From: Candidatus Kapaibacterium sp.
GTDB taxonomy: Bacteria > Bacteroidota > Ignavibacteria > Kapaibacteriales > UBA2268
Reading direction: 5' to 3'
DNA length: 64,000 nucleotides
NCBI GenBank assembly: GCA_963664875.1
Contig: OY761611.1
Location: forward strand, 1,440,001 to 1,504,000
Position numbers and translations under genes: made by a program. A model generated the notes under the pieces. That model saw only the letters and a program-made list of their open reading frames with translations, made no database searches and was not told where the DNA came from. Positions 29,011 through 39,457 of this stretch are shown one piece after another; position 1 is the stretch's first letter, and every line of letters starts with the position of its first letter.

Positions 29011-30084
29011 ATGATAGATAATTTGAGATTTGATAGAACAGAATCCCTCTCTAATCACAATTACAATCAATATCGAGGATTTCAACCGCTAGAAAAGTTT
29101 CATCATGAAGGTTATATTAAGTGCAAACTTGTTCATACTTTGGGAAAATCTATTATTGTACCAGACCTAATTTATTTGATTACAGAAAAGTGTCATTTCG
29201 AATGGATTCAATTTTACTCATTTCTGCCATGTTCTCTATTTAAAATCACGGATGAGGAAATTGTAGGTCATTTATATGTTGATATTTCTTTTGGATATAC
29301 TCTAAAAATTACCATAGGGAACCATGATCACCAACACAACCTAAAAGACAACTCCAATTTATTTAAATGTAGAATAGAAGGTCCTCAGAATATTAAGGAT
29401 TTTACTTCGGGTAGAGGAGAAATAATAGATGGAATTCCGTATATAGAACTGTTTCATCATACTCTACCTAAATACAAACGTCTTATTGAGGACAGCTCAT
29501 TTTTTAAGTGTTCAAAATGGAATTACCAAGGTACTAAAGAACTATCTAAGTTTTCTTATTGCTATTTCACCTCACTTCCAGAAATAAAATATCCTAATGA
29601 TCTAAAAATGATTGCGATGGCGTCAGATGGAAAAATACAGTTAATTGTTGATGGGACAGATGAAATTGTAGAGATCGATGTGTATAGGGAAGACACTACA
29701 AATCGAACTTCAACAATTCAATTATTAATTGATACAACAATTATAGAAAACAATCATATATGGGAACATTTAGATGACAGAGGCATAGTTTATTATGAAA
29801 AAAGTAATGCTTTTATCTATAGAATCGGTTTCGAAGTTGGAAAAAATATCTTATTTTCAAACCAAAGAATAGATTGGCAAAATGGAATAAAATTACTAAA
29901 ATATATTATTATTGGAGATGCCACTAATAAAGATGGAATTACTGCTCCTTTTAATGAAGAGGAAACCGAATATATTTTTAAATTTGAACCATTTAAGAGT
30001 AATAATACTAATATTTTGAAATTTTGGTTCGTACATAGAAACTCAGACCTGTTTAGCAATAAAGAAATTGAAAAATTGGAATAA
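29011..30084 (+). CDS. Hypothetical protein, possible ADP-ribosyltransferase-like fold
   Basis: 357-aa low-GC ORF; LFHHT ... YFTS pattern. Confidence 0.6.
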   Translation: MIDNLRFDRTESLSNHNYNQYRGFQPLEKFHHEGYIKCKLVHTLGKSIIVPDLIYLITEKCHFEWIQFYSFLPCSLFKITDEEIVGHLYVDISFGYTLKITIGNHDHQHNLKDNSNLFKCRIEGPQNIKDFTSGRGEIIDGIPYIELFHHTLPKYKRLIEDSSFFKCSKWNYQGTKELSKFSYCYFTSLPEIKYPNDLKMIAMASDGKIQLIVDGTDEIVEIDVYREDTTNRTSTIQLLIDTTIIENNHIWEHLDDRGIVYYEKSNAFIYRIGFEVGKNILFSNQRIDWQNGIKLLKYIIIGDATNKDGITAPFNEEETEYIFKFEPFKSNNTNILKFWFVHRNSDLFSNKEIEKLE

Positions 30085-30112
30085 ATAAAGCTCCAACAAT
30101 CATATGTAATTA

Positions 30113-30472
30113 CTACTCACTCCTACTCTTCATAGTTTTCTGAATACTACCGATTATTTTGAGTATTTCCTCAATATCTGATAAAAGACTTTCACCTTCT
30201 TTGTCAGATAGGTATTCACTGCCACGAAGTAAGCGAATCCAATATTTTGTCTCACGAGCCTCTTTATATGCAATAGAAAGTTTAGAAAGAAAATCAGATT
30301 TTGACTGACCTCCAATAGCCTCTTCCACATTCGCCCCAATCGAAGTAGCAGCCCTCATAAACTGCTTAGAAAGAATATATTCCTTCCTTTCATTAGTCAA
30401 CACCTTATAAACACGAACCGACCTTAAGGCAAAATCAAAGCTCTTAGTCAAAATCAAATTATCTTCTTTCAT
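30113..30472 (-). CDS. Four helix bundle protein (TIGR02436 / 23S rRNA IVP family)
   Basis: KSFDFA, LSKQFMRAATSIGANVEEA, SKSDFLSKLSIAYKEARETKYW. Confidence 0.93.
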   Translation of the reverse strand: MKEDNLILTKSFDFALRSVRVYKVLTNERKEYILSKQFMRAATSIGANVEEAIGGQSKSDFLSKLSIAYKEARETKYWIRLLRGSEYLSDKEGESLLSDIEEILKIIGSIQKTMKSRSE

Positions 30473-30583
30473 GGCACACCTTTATCAAATCTATAGATCT
30501 ACTATAAAATCAACGACAAAAAGAAAAGTTTATTCTATTTAATAAAAAAAGCTGCAAGATAAACACCTCACAGCTTCAAAAAT

Positions 30584-30638
30584 ATTCGTAATTCCAACCA
30601 TCAATTCGTAATTCCTAATTCGAAATTCGTAATTGACT
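30584..30638. repeat. Degenerate heptamer tandem array (ATTCGTA-like, 7 units)
   Basis: attcgta attccaa (ccatca) attcgta attccta attcgaa attcgta attgact, abutting the guaA stop. Confidence 0.85.
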
Positions 30639-32180
30639 CTACTCCCACTCAATAGTTCCCGGAGGTTTTGACGTAATGTCATAGGTCAATCTATTGATAC
30701 CGCGTACTTCGTTTATGATGCGGTTCGAGATTTTTTCTAATACGTCATGTGGGAAATGGTAGAATTCTGCTGTCATACCGTCAACGCTGGTTACCGCACG
30801 GATGGCACATGCAAATTCGTATGTTCTTTCGTCGCCCATCACGCCAACGCTCTGAACAGGAAGAAGAACTGCGAATGCCTGCCAGATTTCATCGTATAAG
30901 CCGGCTTTTTCGATTTCGTCTAAGTAGATTTCATCTGCCTTGCGGAGTATGTCGCATTTCTCTTTTGTTACTTCACCCAACACGCGGATACCTAAGCCCG
31001 GCCCCGGGAAAGGATGGCGTTTGATGAACCACTCAGGAATGCCAAGCTCACGGCCAACCGCTCTTACTTCATCTTTGAAGAGTTCGCGGAACGGCTCTAA
31101 AAGCTTAAACTTCATATCTTCTGGCAAGCCGCCAACGTTGTGGTGCGATTTGATAGTAGCAGAAGGGCCTTTCACAGAAACGGATTCGATCACGTCCGGA
31201 TATAAAGTACCTTGTGCCAACCACTTAGCATTCGCTTTTTTCTCAGCAGCTGCATCAAATAAATCTATAAATGCTTTACCAATAATCTTTCTTTTCTTTT
31301 CAGGATCGCTAACGCCTGCAAGTCCGCCTAGGAACTCTTCTTCGCCGTTCACCACTTCAATGCTCATATCAAAGTGTTCGTTGAACATCTTCTCGATATT
31401 TTCACTTTCGTTCATGCGCATCAGACCTGAGTCCACGTGGATGCAATGAAGCTTGTCGCCGATAGCTTGATGAATAAGAACTGCCGTAACAGTTGAATCC
31501 ACACCACCGCTAAGACCGCAGATAACTTCGTCATCGCCCACAGTTTCGCGGATATTTTTGATTGCCTCTTCTACAAAAGACTTAGCAGACCATGTATCTT
31601 TGCAACCGCAGATGTCGCGCACAAAGTTTTTAAGCATGATTTTGCCGTCAAGAGAGTGATGCACTTCCGGGTGGAACTGAATACCCCAGATTTTTCTTTC
31701 CGGATTACGCATAGCGCAGATCGGAGCGTTATGAGTGTGGGCAATCACCTCAAAGCCTTCAGGGGCTTTAGTCAGAGAGTCGCCGTGGCTCATCCAAACC
31801 TGAGAGTCTTTAGAAATACCTTTGAACAGGTCAGAATCATCATCGATTGTAACCATAGCCTTGCCATATTCGCGTTTAGCAGCGGCATCCACTTCACCTT
31901 GGTTTTGATATGCAATAAGCTGCAAACCATAACAAATACCAAGAACGGGCAATCCCAAACTAAACACGTCGAAGCTAGGACGTGGAGCGTCCGCGGCATA
32001 GACACTTGAAGGTCCGCCGGAAAGAATAATACCTTTTGGCTGCATCTCAAGCAATTCATCCTTAGCAATATTAAAAGGATAAATCTCCGCATAAACGCCT
32101 GTTTCGCGCACTTTGCGTGCAATAAGCTGAGTATATTGCGAGCCAAAGTCCAGAATAATAATCTTTTCTTTTACTGTCAT
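30639..32180 (-). CDS. guaA: GMP synthase (glutamine-hydrolysing)
   Basis: [52 protein letters not shown]; start trimmed to MTVKEK. Confidence 0.98.
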   Translation of the reverse strand: MTVKEKIIILDFGSQYTQLIARKVRETGVYAEIYPFNIAKDELLEMQPKGIILSGGPSSVYAADAPRPSFDVFSLGLPVLGICYGLQLIAYQNQGEVDAAAKREYGKAMVTIDDDSDLFKGISKDSQVWMSHGDSLTKAPEGFEVIAHTHNAPICAMRNPERKIWGIQFHPEVHHSLDGKIMLKNFVRDICGCKDTWSAKSFVEEAIKNIRETVGDDEVICGLSGGVDSTVTAVLIHQAIGDKLHCIHVDSGLMRMNESENIEKMFNEHFDMSIEVVNGEEEFLGGLAGVSDPEKKRKIIGKAFIDLFDAAAEKKANAKWLAQGTLYPDVIESVSVKGPSATIKSHHNVGGLPEDMKFKLLEPFRELFKDEVRAVGRELGIPEWFIKRHPFPGPGLGIRVLGEVTKEKCDILRKADEIYLDEIEKAGLYDEIWQAFAVLLPVQSVGVMGDERTYEFACAIRAVTSVDGMTAEFYHFPHDVLEKISNRIINEVRGINRLTYDITSKPPGTIEWE

Positions 32181-32340
32181 ATCTATACCAAAATGAAAAG
32201 GAATATAAGTAATATAGCAAAAATACTGATAAAAGTGCGGGGAGGCAAGGGATTTGTTTTTTTTGAGCTTTGGTAACAAAATAAGCCAAAAAGGATAAAA
32301 GTATTTCGTATTTTATCAACAGTACTAAGGAGTAAATTAT

Positions 32341-33924
32341 ATGAAAGACTTAAATATTGATAAGTATATTAATAATCTGATTAAATTATCCAAAGAAGAA
32401 AATTATTTGAATGCAGTTTTAAGTATTATTGTGGAAGATGTTAAAAAACCAGTCTATGATGCTGTAAATGAAAATGAAACTATTTATTTGTTAGGACTTT
32501 GGATAAAATCTTTATCAATACAACAACAATCTACTTTAAATATTAATCAGATAATTGATAATATAAAGACAAATTTAGATAAAATACACATAGCCTATTT
32601 TAGCAAATTTGATCCAAAAAATAAAATTCTTGATGATACAAGTCTTCTACAAGAATCTTTCTTTTATTTCGGCTCGGATGCTATGGATATTCAGTTTCTA
32701 AATATCATCGTCTTAAAGTATAAAAACTACGACACATTTCTCCTTGATAACTTTGGTTTTAATACTGATGATATTAAAGAACTCTATATAGCAATACTTA
32801 CTATTATAGATTTAAGAGCCAGAAAATTTGATTTGAAGCCTAGACAGAAAGATTTAACAAAAATATATGAAATTAACCCAAATAATTTCTTCTTCAAAAA
32901 CAATCCAAGATTAATAGCTTTACTTGATTTATTATCTTTCGAGAAGATTGAGCCTAAAAATACGGACTTGAGATTTTTTGAAGATTATAATATTCTTTTT
33001 GACAAACCTATAGTGAAGAATCGTGGAATATATTTTGTTCCGTTTCCATTTTTGATCTCTAAAGTTATGAACGATAAAATTTTCGAGATACTCTGGAATT
33101 ATAATCGACAGTCATTTGAAAGAAACAAAGGAAGAGAATCAGAACAAGCTATTGAAGAAATGTTTGTCAAATACTTAAAAGATACTAAAGTAATATCAAA
33201 TATAGTAATCGAGGAATCTAAAAACAATCAATATTCTGAAATAGACATTGCTATTATTTTTAAAACCCAAGCACTTATTTGTCAAATAAAATCTAAAAAG
33301 ATGACAGCAAAGAGTCGTATTGGAGACATTGACAAATTCAAATCTGACTTTAAAAGAGCAGTATCTGATGCAGTAGAGCAAAATAAAAAATGTAAAATTG
33401 CAATTCTAAATCCAAAGTCTTACAGATTCAAACTGAATGATTCTGACGATGTCAACTTCAATAATATAGACAAAATCTATACAATGAGCATCACGACAGA
33501 AGGATATGGCCCCATTGCACTGCATACAGATTTTCAAACTGAACACGATCTACCTCATGTTTTGACTATATATGATCTAGACACAATTTTGAAGATGATT
33601 AAACATTCAAGCCAATTTTTTCAATATCTAGAATTTAGAAATAAACATAAAAATGCTAGAGCAGGCAGTGAACTTGATTATTTTGATTTATTTTTGAGAG
33701 AAGAAAATATTCCTAATGTTGATAGATTTAGATATCAAAGTGAGTTAAAATATGTTGAACATTTCCATTTAGCAGAAAGGCAACAATTTATTAACCATAA
33801 GATTAATTTATTTCTTCAAAATGCAAACAAAAATTCTCCTTGTATTTGTGGTAGTGGTTTAAAATACAAAAGATGTTGCTGTAAAGTTCTGGTACAAATT
33901 GAAAATACAGATAATACATTTTAA
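32341..33924 (+). CDS. SEC-C motif protein with putative PD-(D/E)XK/NERD-like nuclease domain
   Basis: KGRESE...SEIDIAIIF...ICQIKSK core; C-terminal NSPCICGSGLKYKRCC; very low GC. Confidence 0.7.
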   Translation: MKDLNIDKYINNLIKLSKEENYLNAVLSIIVEDVKKPVYDAVNENETIYLLGLWIKSLSIQQQSTLNINQIIDNIKTNLDKIHIAYFSKFDPKNKILDDTSLLQESFFYFGSDAMDIQFLNIIVLKYKNYDTFLLDNFGFNTDDIKELYIAILTIIDLRARKFDLKPRQKDLTKIYEINPNNFFFKNNPRLIALLDLLSFEKIEPKNTDLRFFEDYNILFDKPIVKNRGIYFVPFPFLISKVMNDKIFEILWNYNRQSFERNKGRESEQAIEEMFVKYLKDTKVISNIVIEESKNNQYSEIDIAIIFKTQALICQIKSKKMTAKSRIGDIDKFKSDFKRAVSDAVEQNKKCKIAILNPKSYRFKLNDSDDVNFNNIDKIYTMSITTEGYGPIALHTDFQTEHDLPHVLTIYDLDTILKMIKHSSQFFQYLEFRNKHKNARAGSELDYFDLFLREENIPNVDRFRYQSELKYVEHFHLAERQQFINHKINLFLQNANKNSPCICGSGLKYKRCCCKVLVQIENTDNTF

Positions 33925-34047
33925 ATAAATATCTTGCTACTTACAATTTCAATTTGTAAATGAACAAAACAAATTGTATTTTAAGTATTCAATACAACAG
34001 ATATAGTTTAATTTGTATATTTATAACTACATATAGGATACTTAAAT

Positions 34048-34578
34048 ATGAAATGGTACTTATTTCTATTTGTTTTAGTTTTTGTTGTTTCTTGTTCTAA
34101 TACAGAAGAAAAACAGCCTACACCAGAACCTCAACAAGAAGTAGTTAAAGAAGTTGAGAAGACATTTCCAACATGGGAAGCAGCTATATCTTCTTCGTTC
34201 TCTTCAAGCATAGTGAAAAGTTCTAATTTCGAGAATGGACTTCTGACTATAGAGCTTGGAGAATCTTCAGCGGTTGACGGTTATTACGATAGCGGTGATA
34301 AAGTAAATAAGTTCTTATCTATAGAACCTGTTCGTTTGTTTTACAAAATTCAAGATATGAACTCAATCAGCATGAATATTGATATTAAAGCAGGAAAATA
34401 CAACTTGAACATCACTAAAGCTGAACTAGAAAAATATTATGGCATCAGTATTGACGAAATGAGAGAATTTGGCGACAACGGTAATCTTATTACTGGCGAT
34501 AACTGGAGAAATCAATTTTCAAATATCTATGATGATAAAGATAATAGAGCAAAGTTTGTTAAACAATTTGTTAAATAG
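34048..34578 (+). CDS. Hypothetical lipoprotein
   Basis: Signal II with VVSC lipobox, Pro/Glu linker. Confidence 0.8.
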   Translation: MKWYLFLFVLVFVVSCSNTEEKQPTPEPQQEVVKEVEKTFPTWEAAISSSFSSSIVKSSNFENGLLTIELGESSAVDGYYDSGDKVNKFLSIEPVRLFYKIQDMNSISMNIDIKAGKYNLNITKAELEKYYGISIDEMREFGDNGNLITGDNWRNQFSNIYDDKDNRAKFVKQFVK

Positions 34579-34728
34579 TATTTCTCGACTATAGTGCGAT
34601 ACAAATCTAAAGTATGTAATTCAAACAACCCCGAATCACATACTTTTTTATTTGTATTCAAAATCGACACTCTACTTATCTCCTTATATAACAAACACTT
34701 CCTATTTGTCTCGAATTCGGAAACCACT

Positions 34729-34758
34729 AAAAAAAGGTGCTCCTAATCAGAACACCTT
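34729..34758 (-). terminator. Intrinsic terminator closing an unannotated minus-strand unit
   Basis: aaggtgttct-gatt-aggagcacctt followed by a T run. Confidence 0.7.
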
Positions 34759-34961
34759 CTCTTAAATTTTCTCCCCCTGCAGCAGCCTGTGCATCATCAG
34801 ATTTTTCTCTTTCCATTTGGAGATTTTTGGTTTTTCTGATGTGGCTACTTTGTCCTTTCCGGTCATGCGGTTGCCGTATCTAAATTCAGGGTGATTCATC
34901 ATTGAGAAGAAGATTGCTAACTCCCCCTACCCTAACATTCCATATAAAAACCCAAACTCAC

Positions 34962-34989
34962 AAAAAAAAGGGGACTTAAATAAGCCCCC
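34962..34989 (-). terminator. rplU-rpmA terminator
   Basis: ggggctta-tt-taagtcccc + T8 on the minus strand. Confidence 0.85.
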
Positions 34990-35027
34990 AAATGCAAGTG
35001 GTCGTTATATAATAATATAACAATGTG

Positions 35028-35282
35028 TTAGTTAGGAATTACAGAAACACTTGTTCTGTCATTTTTTCCTTTTTCAAATTTTACTGTACCATCAACCAAA
35101 GAAAAGATAGTGTAATCTTTTCCGAGGCCAACATTACGACCCGGATGCCATTTAGTGCCACACTGGCGTACTAAAATATTACCGGCTTTGACTTCTTCAC
35201 CACCAAAACGTTTAATACCACGCATTTGCGCATTGGAATCTCTACCGTTTTTGGTCGAACCGCCACCCTTCTTATGAGCCAT
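35028..35282 (-). CDS. rpmA: 50S ribosomal protein L27
   Basis: [16 protein letters not shown]. Confidence 0.99.
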   Translation of the reverse strand: MAHKKGGGSTKNGRDSNAQMRGIKRFGGEEVKAGNILVRQCGTKWHPGRNVGLGKDYTIFSLVDGTVKFEKGKNDRTSVSVIPN

Positions 35283-35300
35283 TGTAAAACCTCTTAAGCT

Positions 35301-35609
35301 TTATAAACTAATATTTGTGATTTCAATTCTGGTATAATGCGGTTTAAAACCGTTCAATTTACGATAGCCTTTGCGGCGTTTTTTATGAAATACCAAAACT
35401 TTTGTGCCGCGACCGTGTGCTACGATCTTAGCCTGAACACTACCTTGAAGGTATGGTGTACCGATTTTAGCATCTGCGTTGTCGTAAGAAGCTAAAACTT
35501 TATCAAATTCTACAGTTTCACCAGGATTACCATCCAATTTTGGTACGTTCAAGAAGCCATTAGGCTTAACTTCAAATTGCTGTCCAGCGATTTCAACAAC
35601 TGCAAACAT
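35301..35609 (-). CDS. rplU: 50S ribosomal protein L21
   Basis: MFAVVEIAGQQF..., KKRRKGYRK; upstream of rpmA. Confidence 0.98.
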   Translation of the reverse strand: MFAVVEIAGQQFEVKPNGFLNVPKLDGNPGETVEFDKVLASYDNADAKIGTPYLQGSVQAKIVAHGRGTKVLVFHKKRRKGYRKLNGFKPHYTRIEITNISL

Positions 35610-35713
35610 TTTCTGTACCTCTATATAACTTATTCTCTATTATGTTCAATAGGAATAAGCAATTTACATAAAATATGATATAAATACAAATAAAATATAT
35701 CACTTCTTTATAT

Positions 35714-36982
35714 CTATGCTGTCTTGGAATTTGTGCTTTGCTCCAACTTTGGTCTGCTGCCAAGCAGCACTGTATCAGCGTCGATTGTGCATTTGCTCAC
35801 TCCCTGCATGTCAGGCAACTCAAACATAATAGGGAGCATTATTTCTTCGACAACAGCCTTCAGAGCTCTTGCACCGGTTTTGCGTAGCTTAGCTTTTTTT
35901 ACTATTTCCGCTACTGCATCTTCGGTAAATTCCAATTCTACATTTTCGTAAGCAAATAATTTTTTATACTGTTTCAGTATTGCATTTTTCGGATCTTTAA
36001 GTATCGAAACCAATGCCTCATCCGAAAGGTCTTGAAGCGGTGCGAGCACCGGCAATCTACCTGCAAGCTCGGGTATAAAACCGAATTTGATAATGTCGTG
36101 CGGCTCTACGTATCTAAGCAAATCGTAGCTTTCTTCGAGCACTTCGTCGCTTTCGTGAGTAAATCCGATAGATGCAACGCGCTTTCTTTGGGCTATGATT
36201 TTTTCCAACCCTTCGAAGGCACCTCCACAGATAAACAAAATATTTCGTGTATCGATGTAAATCAAAGGCTGTTCGGGGTGTTTTCTTCCACCTTTTGGCG
36301 GCACACCAGCCCGAGTGCCTTCGAGCATTTTTAGTAATGCCTGCTGTACACCTTCGCCCGAAACATCTCGAGTAATGCTCGTAGATTCACTTTTTCTGCC
36401 GAGCTTATCCATTTCGTCGATATAAATAATACCTCTTTGTGCAAGTTCGACATCGTAGTCAGCATTTTGAAGTAAAGAAAGCAAAACGTTTTCTACATCA
36501 TCGCCCACATATCCCGCTTCCGTGATAGTGGTAGCATCAGCGATAGCAAAAGGAACTTTCAGCACTCTGGCAAGAGTTCTTGCAAGCAAAGTCTTACCTG
36601 TGCCGGTAGGACCTAAAAGAAGTATATTACTTTTTTCGATTTCCACATCTTGAAATTCGCCTTTGATTTCTACTCCGCTTACCCTTTTATAATGGTTATA
36701 AACGGCAACAGAAAGCACCTGTTTGGCGTAATCCTGACCGATAACATAATTATCGAGCAACTTCTTCATCTCAGAAGGCTTTGGCAATGCAGACATTTCG
36801 GAGAGCCCAAGCTCTTCGCGTTTATTATGTTTAATAATTTCTACGGAACGCTGAATACATTCATCACAAATGAATACACCTTCGCCACCTTGGATTAGGC
36901 TGCCTGCCTGATAGGATTTTTTTCCGCAAAACGAACACTTCGGCACATCGTAAAATGCACCTTTATCTTTGCTTTTAGCCAT
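35714..36982 (-). CDS. clpX: ATP-dependent Clp protease ATP-binding subunit
   Basis: CSFCGK..ICDEC zinc finger, [25 protein letters not shown] loop. Confidence 0.98.
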   Translation of the reverse strand: MAKSKDKGAFYDVPKCSFCGKKSYQAGSLIQGGEGVFICDECIQRSVEIIKHNKREELGLSEMSALPKPSEMKKLLDNYVIGQDYAKQVLSVAVYNHYKRVSGVEIKGEFQDVEIEKSNILLLGPTGTGKTLLARTLARVLKVPFAIADATTITEAGYVGDDVENVLLSLLQNADYDVELAQRGIIYIDEMDKLGRKSESTSITRDVSGEGVQQALLKMLEGTRAGVPPKGGRKHPEQPLIYIDTRNILFICGGAFEGLEKIIAQRKRVASIGFTHESDEVLEESYDLLRYVEPHDIIKFGFIPELAGRLPVLAPLQDLSDEALVSILKDPKNAILKQYKKLFAYENVELEFTEDAVAEIVKKAKLRKTGARALKAVVEEIMLPIMFELPDMQGVSKCTIDADTVLLGSRPKLEQSTNSKTA

Positions 36983-37006
36983 TACAGTATCTGAATTTAT
37001 ATAACT

Positions 37007-37624
37007 TTATTTTTCTTCTTTATCTTCTTTAGTGTCAGGTACTCTTTCAAGCACTTTGTCTATCAAACCATATTCTACTGCTTCTTCTGCAGTCATATAG
37101 TTATCTCTGTCTGCATCTTTTTTGATAGTTTTTACATCTTTGCCTGAGTGCTTAGATATGATTCTATACAAATTATCGCGAGTGCGTAGCATTTCTTTTG
37201 TATATATTTCTATATCCGAAGCCTGACCTTGAGTGCCACCCATTGGCTGATGCATCATGATGCGGGCATTAGGAAGTGCAAATCTTTTACCTTCTGCACC
37301 TGCACATAGCAATACCTGAGCCATAGAAGCACCCATACCCATACAAATAGTAGATATATCAGGTTTTACAAACTGCATAGTATCATAAATCGCAAGACCG
37401 GCGGAAACGCTACCGCCAGGAGAGTTTATATATAAGCTAATATCTTTCTTAGGATCTTCGCTGGCAAGGAACAGCAACTGAGCTATAACCAAAGAAGCTA
37501 CATAATCATCAATCGGAGTACCGATAAAGATGATTCTTTCTTTGAGAAGTCTTGAGTATATGTCGTATGATCTTTCGCCACGGCTTGTTTGCTCAACAAC
37601 TATAGGAACGAGCTGATTGTACAT
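37007..37624 (-). CDS. clpP: ATP-dependent Clp protease proteolytic subunit
   Basis: [33 protein letters not shown]. Confidence 0.98.
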   Translation of the reverse strand: MYNQLVPIVVEQTSRGERSYDIYSRLLKERIIFIGTPIDDYVASLVIAQLLFLASEDPKKDISLYINSPGGSVSAGLAIYDTMQFVKPDISTICMGMGASMAQVLLCAGAEGKRFALPNARIMMHQPMGGTQGQASDIEIYTKEMLRTRDNLYRIISKHSGKDVKTIKKDADRDNYMTAEEAVEYGLIDKVLERVPDTKEDKEEK

Positions 37625-37811
37625 GATATTATTCCTGTTTTGTCCAAAATAAATTACTTTTCAGATAAAAAGTAACGAAGAAGTCTTGTAAGTAGTTTGA
37701 TTGCAAGTTAAATAATATGCACGAGCTATATGCAGTCATAAGCAACTTTTATTATTTCCGCCTTGCTAAAAGCACTTACGCAAACTTTACATATTACAAG
37801 GTCTCAAAGAT

Positions 37812-37854
37812 AAAAACAAGGCTGTAAACTTCCCAATAGAATTTTACAGCCTTG
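37812..37854 (-). terminator. Terminator/hairpin after tig
   Basis: caaggctgtaaa...tttacagccttg + T5 on the minus strand. Confidence 0.75.
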
Positions 37855-37879
37855 ATATATTTTTATCGGAAGATTTTGC

Positions 37880-39250
37880 TTATTCTTCGTCTTTATTTTC
37901 TACTTCTTCGCCTTCTTCATTTACGTCGTCTAAGTAAGACATTTGATTTAGCATATCTTCTGTTTGCATCCTTTTTTCGTATTCTTCGAAAGGCACATCA
38001 TTTGTTTCAGCAAAATCCATCAAGAAGTCCATTACTTTTTTAACAAGTAAAGAGTTGTGAATATTTGCATTATTTAGTACCATTTCTTTTACAGTAGCTT
38101 TATCGCGTTTCAATCTTTCAGCTTCTGACTCTACAATATCTTCGATATCATGATCTTCGAGCTTAATCATTTCTTTTTCGATAATTCTGCCACGAATAAT
38201 TTCCCAGCGAACATTTCTTTCAGCAGCAGGTTGCAAATTGCCTCTCATGTTTTCTAAGGTAATCATGTTAGCTATCTCAGGTTGCTGAGCGTAGCGTTTT
38301 TTCATATCTTCTACCATAGATTTCATTACTTCTTCTACTACTGATTCAGGCACAGCGAACTCATCGTGCATATCAATCAATTGATCGATAATTTGGTTTT
38401 CCATTTCAGCACGTGAGCGTTTGTCCCACTGATCTTGTATATTGAATCCGATTTCTGATTTGAAATCATCAAATTTATCAAATTTTCCACGAGTATAGTC
38501 TTTAACCCATTCATCAGTCATTTCTACAGGAACTAATTTTTGGATATGAGACACTCTTGCTCTGAAATATTTTGCAGGGGCATTAGGATCATCTTCGCTT
38601 GGAGTAAAGACAAAAGTGTGATCTATTTTTGCACCTTCCAAATTTCTTTTGATAACAGGCAGCAAATTCGGATTAGCCATAAAGATATTTGCAGGCTGCT
38701 CAGTAGCACCTTCTACAGGTTCGTTATTATCTTTATCAACTTCGAGCATGCTCAAAGTAACACTAAATTTATCATCTGTTACTTCATCAGCTTCTTCGAA
38801 TTTGCCATGATTCAATGCAATATTTTCCAATTCTTTTTGAATTTCATCTTCTTCTACTGCATGAACAGGTTCGTCTATAGTAAGAGATTTGTAGTCTTTC
38901 AATTCGATTTCAGGAAGAGTCTCAAATTTAACAGTAAACTTAATAGCACCGTTTTCTTCCATTTCGATATTAGTCAAACCGGGTTGACCAACAACAACTA
39001 CTTCATCATCTTGAGTAAGCTTGGAAAACACTTCACCAATAATATCCTGATGTGCATCTGCTTCGATTTGAGGACCAAAATATTTTTTAATTACGCCAAG
39101 AGGAACACGTCCTTTTCTAAAACCTTTAATGTCTATTGTGGGACGAGCTTTATTATAAGCTTTTTCGTAATGTGGCTTTAACTCATCCGCTGTAAGAGTT
39201 ACAACAAGCTCACGCTCGCAACCTTCCAGTTGATTAAATACTTTTTCCAA
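37880..39250 (-). CDS. tig: Trigger factor
   Basis: GFRKGRVP signature; tRNA-Leu/tig/clpP/clpX synteny; start reassigned to TTG 39250 because the longer ORF overlaps the tRNA. Confidence 0.93.
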   Translation of the reverse strand: MEKVFNQLEGCERELVVTLTADELKPHYEKAYNKARPTIDIKGFRKGRVPLGVIKKYFGPQIEADAHQDIIGEVFSKLTQDDEVVVVGQPGLTNIEMEENGAIKFTVKFETLPEIELKDYKSLTIDEPVHAVEEDEIQKELENIALNHGKFEEADEVTDDKFSVTLSMLEVDKDNNEPVEGATEQPANIFMANPNLLPVIKRNLEGAKIDHTFVFTPSEDDPNAPAKYFRARVSHIQKLVPVEMTDEWVKDYTRGKFDKFDDFKSEIGFNIQDQWDKRSRAEMENQIIDQLIDMHDEFAVPESVVEEVMKSMVEDMKKRYAQQPEIANMITLENMRGNLQPAAERNVRWEIIRGRIIEKEMIKLEDHDIEDIVESEAERLKRDKATVKEMVLNNANIHNSLLVKKVMDFLMDFAETNDVPFEEYEKRMQTEDMLNQMSYLDDVNEEGEEVENKDEE

Positions 39251-39279
39251 AGCTTTACCTATTATTAAAATTTTGAGAA

Positions 39280-39364
39280 TGGTACGGACGGAGAGACTCG
39301 AACTCTCAAGGGTCGCCCCACTAGATCCTAAGTCTAGCGCGTCTGCCAATTTCGCCACGTCCGC
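39280..39364 (-). tRNA. tRNA-Leu (anticodon TAG), CCA encoded
   Basis: GCGGACGTGGCGAAATTGGCAGACGCGCTAGACTTAGGATCTAGTGGGGCGACCCTTGAGAGTTCGAGTCTCTCCGTCCGTACCA; long variable arm. Confidence 0.97.
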
Positions 39365-39457
39365 TTGTCAAGGAGTTCAAAAATACGAAGTTTTTTTTTA
39401 GATGCAAAACATTTTTTCTTATTTTATAAAAATTTTGAAAATATTTTTGAGATTTAT

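Noticed and set aside
30113-30472. Diversity-generating retroelement (Avd-like gene plus near-identical repeats elsewhere in the window)
   Set aside because: No reverse transcriptase in the window, and repeat mismatches are not confined to adenines; they are mostly synonymous
30584-30638. CRISPR array
   Set aside because: 7-bp units with no spacers; no cas genes in the window
32181-32279. 33-aa N-terminal extension of guaA
   Set aside because: GuaA similarity begins at [15 protein letters not shown]; the extension is AT-rich intergenic sequence
38540-39181. 213-aa antisense ORF, and other shadow ORFs such as 4916-5347, 30940-31449, 61670-62101
   Set aside because: Antisense to well-supported conserved genes; explained by codon bias
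39251-39358. N-terminal extension of tig in the ORF track (MAKLADALDLGSSG...)
   Set aside because: It is the translation of tRNA-Leu; the true start is most likely TTG 39250
39280-39364. tRNA-Leu as an island attachment site
   Set aside because: No duplicated tRNA 3' end seen, and normal tRNA-tig-clpP-clpX synteny is intact
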